The position numbers were made by a program, and so were the translations under genes. 16,412 nt of DNA, taken from contig NW_021825205.1 in the NCBI RefSeq assembly GCF_006345805.1, forward strand, positions 1 to 16,412, given 5' to 3'. Each line of letters starts with the position of its first letter. Positions within the stretch are counted from its first letter, which is position 1. Under the pieces are notes generated by a model. The model worked only from the letters and a program-made list of their open reading frames with translations, had not been told where the DNA came from and made no database searches. Positions 8,497 to 16,412 of this stretch are shown here, piece after piece. This stretch comes from Octopus sinensis (taxonomy: Eukaryota).

Positions 8497-8608
8497 GTGA
8501 GTTCGGCTAAATAACGGAAAACCGGAAGATAAATATCAAACAAGTACTCATTTTTAAGTTGGTCAAAGTCATTATTTTTAAGTTGAGGTTGATGAGGTTA
8601 CTCTAGGT

Positions 8609-9159
8609 CAGGGGTCGGCGAACCGGGGTAAATTACCCGAAGTGGGGTAAAAATGAAATTCTTAGGAGTAATGAGGGCTTATTACACATAAATAAAATTA
8701 TATAAAAATCGTGTTCCTTGTTACAACAGAAAATTTTCTTCTAGCATGAGAAGGCAGTCAAAAAATTGCTACCTTTTGCAACAACCTACTTTTGCTAACA
8801 AGGTTTTTCCATTAATCGATTGAACCCCGAAGAGTCTATCCAAATTGCACTGGCGCCAAAATGCCCCAATTTTGATGTAATTGTAACAAAAATGAAACAA
8901 CATTATTTCTCCAAAACCTGAAGTGAAAAAGTTTCTAGAAAAATCCTAGAAAAATCCTTTTGTTTCATAATGAGGATATTTATTTCATCGCATTTTTTAA
9001 ATGCTTTTTATATTTATATTTGTATTCTCGATATCAATAGATTCAATAAACCTTTTGAATTCAAAGAATCTACGGTTTTTCTTCCTTTCAAATCAAAACG
9101 TTGGCGTAAATAATATATATTTTGGGGTAATTAGTTTTAAAAAATGTTCCCCGACCCTG
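8609..9159 (+). mobile_element. Internally deleted hAT (Charlie-type) element, 551 bp
   Basis: TIRs CAGGGGTCGGCGAAC and GTTCCCCGACCCTG. 8-bp flanks CTCTAGGT and CTATAGCT (6/8 match, NTCTAGAN-like). Internal remnant EKAVKKLLPFATTYFC*QGFS..NRLNPEESIQIAL of the Charlie C-terminal domain. Confidence 0.85.
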
Positions 9160-9316
9160 CTATAGCTCGTGGGATGCTACCTTTTCAGGCGTCAGCGTTC
9201 AGTATGCCACAGTACTGTTGAATTGTATTGATATAGTCTGACAAAACCCCACCCAAAAATAACAAAAATTCAGAGGTAATAAAGGGTCTGCAATACACAC
9301 ATCTCCCCATATATAT

Positions 9317-9695
9317 CGGGTTGTCCGGAAAGTTTGTGCCGATTTATAGTAGCTTACCTTTCGACTTATTTTAGAACATGGTTGAGTCCATAAAATAGGA
9401 TTTTACTACACCTCCATTTAGAGCACAATTTAAGCTATCTTTTTCTGGAAGAAGGTTTATGTTCCTATAACCTGTGTTAATTCTGTAACCCTTTAAAATG
9501 GAAGATAATAAAGTTCATTTTCGCCACTTGATGCTTCAGGAAGCAGACAAAAATTGCTACAGCTCGGCTGTGATGTGTTCCCCCCCCCCTCCATATTCAC
9601 CAGATATTGCTCCTTTGGATTTCTACTTATTCAGGTCTCTGCAGAATAGTCTTAATGGTAAAAATTTCAATTCCTTATACGACATCACACCATAC
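9317..9695 (+). mobile_element. Internally deleted, 3'-truncated mariner remnant
   Basis: TA followed by TIR-like CGGGTTGTCCGGAAAGTTTGTGCCGATTT. Start MEDNKVHFRHLML is fused to QKLLQLGCDV and PPYSPDIAPLDFYLFRSLQNSLNGKNFNSL (YSPDLAP motif). Confidence 0.88.
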
Positions 9696-9699
9696 TAAT

Positions 9700-9937
9700 C
9701 ATATCTGTCAGGCATATGGAAGGGAGTGTAATTCGGCAGGAGGACTTAAACGACATGCAAAGGTACATGAAGCCTAGTTACAACTACAACCGGCTACTGC
9801 CGGTAAAGGTTTTAGCTGCCAATTCTGTACCAGACATTGTAGATCTTTGGCTGGGCTAAAAAGTCACATTAGATCACAGCACCAATAACAGTTAAGCTAC
9901 GTGCAATGGGCATACTCGATAACGAGGGGGGCAACCA
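9700..9937 (+). mobile_element. 3' end of a LINE (RTE-like) with two decayed C2H2 fingers and a short 3' UTR
   Basis: HICQAYGRECNSAGGLKRHAKVHEA*...FSCQFCTRHCRSLAGLKSHIRSQHQ* (stop 9886-9888). This matches the C..C.R.C.S..GL.SH.R pattern of RTE-type ORF ends. About 50-nt UTR, then (TA)n. Confidence 0.55.
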
Positions 9938-9965
9938 TTATATATATATATATATGAATATATAT

Positions 9966-10177
9966 AAATGTGACCGCGTGTGTACCGTTGGCGATTTTTT
10001 CCTACGTCTTCCCTTCTCTGGATCTTTCCTTCTCCTATGTTTCCGACGAAGAGCTCCGCTCGAAACGTTAAACCCCCCTTCTTCCTTTCCTTCCTGAGCG
10101 TCAAATAATACTATATTTGTTCCACGTCCTCACGTTGTTGTGCTTTCTTTTTGTGTTTTCATGTTTGGATTAACTTT
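9966..10177 (+). mobile_element. About 210-bp hammerhead-bearing mini-element between (TA)n runs
   Basis: Pyrimidine-rich leader, HHR motif at 10039-10073, TTCCTGAGCGT at 10091-10101 and a T-rich tail. Same layout as 3056-3260. Confidence 0.65.
10039..10073 (+). ncRNA. Minimal type I hammerhead motif with a U4>C core substitution
   Basis: GTTT-CCGACGA-A-GAGC-tcc-GCTC-GAAAC-GTT-AAAC. Helix I GTTT/AAAC, helix II GAGC/GCTC, ACGT palindrome, triplet GUU. Confidence 0.72.
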
Positions 10178-10229
10178 ATATATATATGTATATCTGTGTA
10201 TGTATGTATGTATGTATGTATGTATATAT

Positions 10230-11174
10230 GATCCGGTTCTTGACTGAAGATTGAAGGCTTCGAATGTCCCGTCCGTGTTTCTTGTATCGTCTTCTAAATG
10301 TTTTACGTTCTTGTCTCAGTTTGTATTTTTCTACATAAAATAATATATATAGCGACGTCCGTACCCTCGTTGGCCTTATGTAAGTACATATTCCTGTAAA
10401 TTTGGTACGACTCTACACACTATCTCTCTCTCCTACATTTCTCTGCCTTTCACACTTTGCACTCTACTTTGATCTGTCCCCTTCTCTCTCTCTCTCTACT
10501 TCTCCTCCTTTTCTCTTTTCTTGCCTCTGATTCTTTGGTCTACTCTTCCCCCCAATCTCTCACAATTCTCTGTCTTTCTCACCTTGCACTCACTAGCCCT
10601 TCTTGGCACGCACTCTTTCTTCTCCCCTCTTTAATTCCTTCTTTCTCTCTCTTCTCCCCCCCCCTTTGTTGCCTTCGTCCCTCTTTCTCTCTCTCTTTGT
10701 TTTTTGCCCCCTTTCTTTTCTCTCTCATCTGTCACGTGACCGCTGGTCAAAATCAGCCTTTTGGCCTCCGACCACTGCCGTGAAAAGATCTGTTGTCTTC
10801 GTCTGCCGATAAAGGCATTTTTTCAAAATACGCCAGCTAAACTTGTTGAACTGTTTATTAGTCGTAAGACACCCGCTGTTTTTTGTCCTGTTTTTACCAT
10901 TATTGTTTTTGTATTTTATATTCGTGTGGCATCGTCCGTTTTTCTGTCCCTGTTTCGTATACATTCGATCCTTCTTCCAAGAAATCTGATGCTCGTAGCT
11001 TAGGTTTTCCTTGGGGCTGGCCGGATCGGAGCGATCTCAAGATTAATCAGCCGAAATTGCGAGGATGATCCGGTTCTTGACTGAAGATTGAAGGCTTCGA
11101 ATGTCCCGTCCGTGTTTTTTGTATCGTCTTCTAAATGTTTTACGTTCTTGTCCCAGTTTGTATTTTTCTACATA
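10230..11174 (+). mobile_element. Non-coding element copy A: 837-bp unit preceded by a 108-bp copy of its own 3' end
   Basis: 10230-10337 and 11067-11174 are direct repeats matching at 106/108 positions. CT-rich body, flanked by (TATG)n and (TA)n. Strand is arbitrary. Confidence 0.8.
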
Positions 11175-11189
11175 TAATGTATATATGTA

Positions 11190-11228
<39 letters not shown>

Positions 11229-11245
11229 ATTATATATATATATAT

Positions 11246-11785
11246 AAGGTATGTAGAAAAATACAACATGGACAAGAACGTATAACTCTTAGAAGACGAT
11301 ACAATAAACACGGACAGGACATTCGAAACCCTCAGTCTTCAGTCAAGAACCGGATCATCGTAGTAATTTCGGCTGATTAATCTTGAGATTACTAGATCAC
11401 GGCCAGCCCTCCAAGAAAAACTAAGCAACGAGCATTAGAAAAACTAAGCTGGGAGCGTAGATTTCCTGGAAGAAGGATCGAATGCATACGGACACCAGGA
11501 CAGCACAAGGGACGAATATAAAAAAAAAAATAAAAAAATAAAATAATGGAATACAGAAACATGAACTACAGAAGCATTAACGGTGAAAACAACAACAAGT
11601 GTCTTACGACTGATAACAAGCAAACAAATTTTTTCTCTGGCGCAAGGAAAGGAGCCTTATCGGCGATGCCTATAGCGGCGGACGAAACACAACGATGTTA
11701 ACACGACGCTGGTCAGAAGCTGAAAGGCAGATTTCGGCCAGCAGTCACGTGACAGAGAAGAGAGAAAAGAAAAGAAAGAGAAGCA

Positions 11786-11824
<39 letters not shown>

Positions 11825-12136
11825 GGACAAACGCGACAAAGAGCGAGAAGAGAGAGAAAGAAGGAATCAGAGAGGAGAAGGGATGGGTGTCGAAGAGCGA
11901 CCTGTGAGTGCAGAGCGAGACAAAGAAATAGGAGGGTAGTGGAAGATTAGACCAAAGAATCAGAGGAAAGAGAAGAGAAAAAGAGGATGAGTAGGAGAGA
12001 AGGGGACAGATCAAGTAAAAGTGAGAGAGAGAGAAGAAAGACAACAAGAGTCGTACCAGTTATTAAGAATATGTGCTCACATTAATGTTAAGAGGGTACG
12101 TGGCGCCTGGAATATATGTTAAGGTATGTAGAAAAA
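11246..12136 (-). mobile_element. Non-coding element copy B (diverged, inverted relative to A): 875-bp unit with a 16-bp terminal direct repeat
   Basis: Collinear reverse-complement similarity to copy A throughout (GATCCGGTTCTTGACTGAAGA, GATTAATCAGCCGAAAT, GTCACGTGAC, CTGATTCTTTGGTCTA, GATCTGTCCCCTTCTCTC, GGTACGACTCT, CGTACCCTC). AAGGTATGTAGAAAAA occurs at 11246-11261 and 12121-12136. Confidence 0.8.
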
Positions 12137-12779
12137 ATGTATGTATGTATGTATATATATATGTATATATGTATATATATATAATATATATATATAATAA
12201 TCTATATATATATTTATGTATATAATGTATGTATGTATGTATGTATGTATGTACGTATGTATTATGTATGTACACTATATTTCGAAGGAGATGCAAACTA
12301 GCAAATGGAGCATACATACTCGCACATATATAGATACATACATACACCATACATATAAATGAGTATGTGTGTGTGTGAGTGTCTGTCTGTCAATGTATGC
12401 AATTGTGAGAGCGTTTATTTGAAAGTTTCTATGCCTGAGTGACTGAGTGCGTACCTCCTCTCCCCCCTTCCACCCCACCACACCACCCTTCTATGTTCTC
12501 TACGTTACTACAAATTATTTAGGTTATGCCTACCTACATATCGATCTCTCAACGCCTGCTTTACAACAATCCTACAACAGAAGCACGCTTGTTCCTCGCT
12601 GAAGTAAAAACACACTCAATAACACTTTACCTCACTCTCAAAATATTCCCCCCACCCTCTTCTCCTTTTCTTCTTCTATCACTCTCTCTCTCTCCATTTC
12701 GCTCTCTCTCTCTCTCTCTCCCTATCTTGCTTTCATTCTGTCTTTCTCTCCACAGTGTCTTTCACACGCTTTAACTCAC

Positions 12780-13520
12780 AACCGTCCACACATACTCGCG
12801 CGCACACACACACACAACACACAACATACACACATATACACATCACCTTCTCTCTCACTCCCCCCCTCTTTATGTGTCATCTTTCTATGTTTCGCTCGGC
12901 TTCAACTTAATTTCTTTTTTTTACACTCTCTTTGTTTCTCTCTTTCTCCCTCTCGTTCTCTCTCACTCTCTCTTTCTTTTTTCTTTCTCTCTCTGTATTT
13001 ATAGATACACACACTATAGATATACATATATACATATATATATACATATATATATAATTATATATATATTTATAAGTATATACATAAACATATATATAAA
13101 TGTACATATATATATATGTATATATATATGTCTGTATACATATACAATTATTTATACATATATGTACATATATATGTAAATATATATATTACATACATAT
13201 CTACATATATATGTGCGTATACATATATATATATAGACATATGCATTTATATATATAGATATATATACATATATATATCATATATATACATACATATATA
13301 TGCATATATATACATATATCATATATATATACATACATATATATACATATATATATATATATTCATATATATATACATATATATATATATTCATATATAT
13401 ACATATATATATACATATATATATGTATATATATATATATATATGCATACATACATATATATATATATATACATACACGCACACACACATATATGTATTT
13501 ATATACACGCACACACATCT
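12780..13520. repeat. Compound low-complexity block: (CA)n, (CT)n and about 500 bp of degenerate (TA)n
   Basis: Direct reading. Source of the IY-rich ORFs. Confidence 0.92.
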
Positions 13521-13825
13521 CTCCCCTCTCTCCCCTCTCTCTTACCCTGAATTTTGTCCATGCTTATCCATGCCACTCTCTCTTGCTGGTCCACGAACTC
13601 CATATTTTGTTGTTTCCCCCCCTACTCCCGCCCCTCTCCCTCTTACTCTCAATCTCTCTGAGAAATCGTTTATTTGTGGATGCGATGTGTGCGTGTGAAC
13701 GCGCCAGTGTGTATGTGTGTGTGTGCGCGCGCGGGCGTTTGTGTGTACATGTGAGCATAATGAAGCCAGTTTATTCATTTCCCTAACTGCCTACCCTGTA
13801 TATCTGACTCATCAATCGGGTGTCA

Positions 13826-14510
<685 letters not shown>

Positions 14511-14980
14511 ATCTCTACTCTCAGTACAGACATGCTCACATTCTGATATGGAGCCCTGTGTACGCACACGCGTTTACACAGGTGTAGTTGCTTATGTGGT
14601 GTATATGAGTATATATATATATATATATATATTTAATTATGAAAATAATAAGTGTCGTATACAATATTGATTTCTTAGGCGTAATGTTTATACATAAATT
14701 TCATGCGTACGTATGTGTGTATACGTGAACGAAAGTGCCTGCCTTTGCGTGTATGCATGTGATATATATATGTGTGTGTGTTGGTGTTTGTATATACGTA
14801 TGCGTATGTTGATAGAAATAAAGAGAGAAGTATAAATACGTAAAGAGATAACGTGCGAATTCTATAAATATATATCAAAACAACGTAAAAACGAGCGTTG
14901 TAATTTGCTTGAAGCATTGTAACATAAAAGTAACATCAACAAATGACGAAGATGAAGAGCTTCTTACAATGTTTTATAAG

Positions 14981-15017
14981 CTTTATATTTCGGGTAGAAA
15001 GACCCCTCTTCAGATCG
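14981..15017 (-). ncRNA. Decayed hammerhead-like core
   Basis: Minus strand CTGAAGA-G-GGGT-ctttct-ACCC-GAAAT-ATA. Core and helix II are intact and there is an ATAT palindrome, but helix I has only 1 bp. Confidence 0.4.
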
Positions 15018-15109
15018 ATGCAGATGTGGTTCTATGCAGTACAGGCCATGTTGATCGTTGTGCGAATAGCAATCCCGCTGTGTCTGTCTGAATGCTGTTG
15101 GCAAAAGTT

Positions 15110-15385
15110 TTAGGAGAGCATCTTTTGCCATAGCCCCTGGTCAACCGATGACTTGTGAGTGAATTTTATGCACAGAAACCGTGCGGAAGCCCATCGAATA
15201 CATATGTGTCTACGTGTGCGTGTGAATTGTGTGTGTATGTGTGCATGTTTGAGTCTGTTTGTCCTGCACAGTACTTGACAACCGATATTGGTTTGTTTAC
15301 GTTCTCTCAACTTGGTAGTTCGTCAAAACGGGATCGATGGAATAAGTATCAAACTTTAAAAAAAAGTAAGTGCAAGAGTCGATTT
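15110..15385 (+). mobile_element. Old, 5'-truncated copy of the SINE family at 6388-7225
   Basis: CATAGCCCCTGGTCAACC..TTGTGAGTGAATTT..GAAGCCCATCG, an internal (TG)n, then TACTTGACAACCGAT..TGTTTACGTT..GAATAAGTA, in the same order as the 6388 copy. Confidence 0.75.
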
Positions 15386-15509
15386 CTTGTATATACATGT
15401 ACATAAGCCTGTGTTCGTGCGCATGCGTGTGTATGTGTCAAGATGCATGCATAAACACCAAACGTACATAAATATTTGTACATACATACATACGAATACA
15501 CACACACAA

Positions 15510-15542
<33 letters not shown>

Positions 15543-15960
15543 GCTTAAATAATTTGTGAAAACGGATGTCCAAATCAATCAGGTACAACCCTTCAGCATT
15601 ACCTGCATCTGCATATCGTACCTTGGGGTCTTATTTATCATATATTTATATATTAATCTAGAAATAGACAAAATATCTAATAAGTCAATAATAATTCAGT
15701 TTTGGGGATTAATAGATATGCGGGTATTCTATTTCAAATTATACCCCAAAAAATAATAACCTTATGAGTAGATCTGAAAGTAAACTCATGGTATCCATTT
15801 GCACATCACAAAATAATCTACATATATATATATAGAGAGAGAGGGGGGGGAAGAGAGAGTGAATGAGAAAGTGAATGAGTGAGTGAGAGAGAGAGAGAAA
15901 GAGAACACGAATGATATTCGCTGAGGAACCTTGTTTCGGAGAACAAATTTCTCTCCACAG

Positions 15961-16001
15961 ATTTCGTGCGTTAAATAGCGCACAAGACTTGGATACCTTA
16001 G
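15961..16001 (+). other. Weak candidate small exon (FRALNSAQDLDTL)
   Basis: Acceptor TTTCTCTCCACAG and donor TAG|GTACGT, with one open frame (phase 2 to phase 1). The phases do not chain simply with the other candidate exons. Confidence 0.3.
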
Positions 16002-16156
16002 GTACGTTATGCCGCAAGCGACGTCAAACTTAATGACCACTACATAAGGTTATCTTTTAAGTCATGTTTAACACCTTCATAGCCCTGTTAAACAAGGAAT
16101 TGTTGCTTCCGAGACGTATCTAGGTGTCGCGTGTTCAACTGATATTTCTTCTCCAG

Positions 16157-16234
16157 GTGCCATTTGAAAATTGTAAGGATTTTTTTCCTTTGGTTTCTTT
16201 CGGGAAAATGCTGAATGCAACAGAAGTAATTCAG
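16157..16234 (+). other. Weak candidate exon (VPFENCKDFFPLVSFGKMLNATEVIQ)
   Basis: Acceptor ATTTCTTCTCCAG and donor CAG|GTAAAG. 78 nt, open only in phase 0. Product not recognised. Confidence 0.3.
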
Positions 16235-16412
16235 GTAAAGCTGTATAGTAATTTTGTTACGTGATGTGAGCTCGGATTTTCTAGGGGCCGTTTGGATTAG
16301 GAGCCAAACCTTGGGTAATTTGTGAATATGATACCGGTTTCGTTTTGGCAATGTTGATGGAATAATTTTCTGCATTCTACAATTGATATAACGCTATCGG
16401 TTTGAAACTCGC

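Noticed and set aside
10230-11174. 108-bp direct repeats as LTR-retrotransposon LTRs or a CRISPR-like array
   Set aside because: There are no TG...CA ends, PBS, PPT or TSD, there are only two repeats, and the second family copy has a repeat of different length (16 bp).
14909-15091. 60-aa ORF LKHCNIKVTSTNDEDEELL... as an exon
   Set aside because: It has a non-ATG start, no convincing splice sites and no recognisable homology. The opposite strand carries a hammerhead-like core, pointing to repeat origin.
15925-15965. GGAGA/TCTCC hairpin followed by GAAAC on the minus strand
   Set aside because: The upstream core is incomplete (CTGT only), with no GUH directly following and no helix I.
16325-16400. 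CGAAACCGGTA (minus strand) as another hammerhead with an ACCGGT palindrome
   Set aside because: There is no CTGANGA upstream (best match CCGATAG) and no helix I pairing.

Overview
This is AT-rich, microsatellite-saturated eukaryotic DNA, probably intronic or intergenic. The SINE types and repeat density suggest an octopus or other cephalopod genome (inference). No complete host gene is visible, and most long ORFs in the track are translations of simple repeats. The window is a mosaic of decayed mobile elements: a C-terminal GIY-YIG Penelope-like retroelement (PLE, 3981-6084, minus strand), a Tc1 remnant interrupted by two nested tRNA-derived SINEs, Charlie-type and Tip100-type hAT remnants, a mariner remnant, R4/Dong-like and RTE-like LINE 3' ends, and a few candidate + strand exons. 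The most interesting layer is RNA-structural. Minimal type I hammerhead ribozyme (HHR) motifs with palindromic helix III sit inside short elements embedded in (TA)n/(CATA)n arrays at 438-515 (mirror copy 207-284), 3133-3168 and 10039-10073, with a decayed core at 14981-15017. The 141-bp inverted repeat at 173-549 has a single mismatch, and it falls exactly on the ribozyme cleavage nucleotide. Two inverted copies of an 840-875 bp non-coding element show a partial-tandem structure with a shared junction, suggestive of circular or multimeric RNA templates. All calls were made by eye and no database searches were run.
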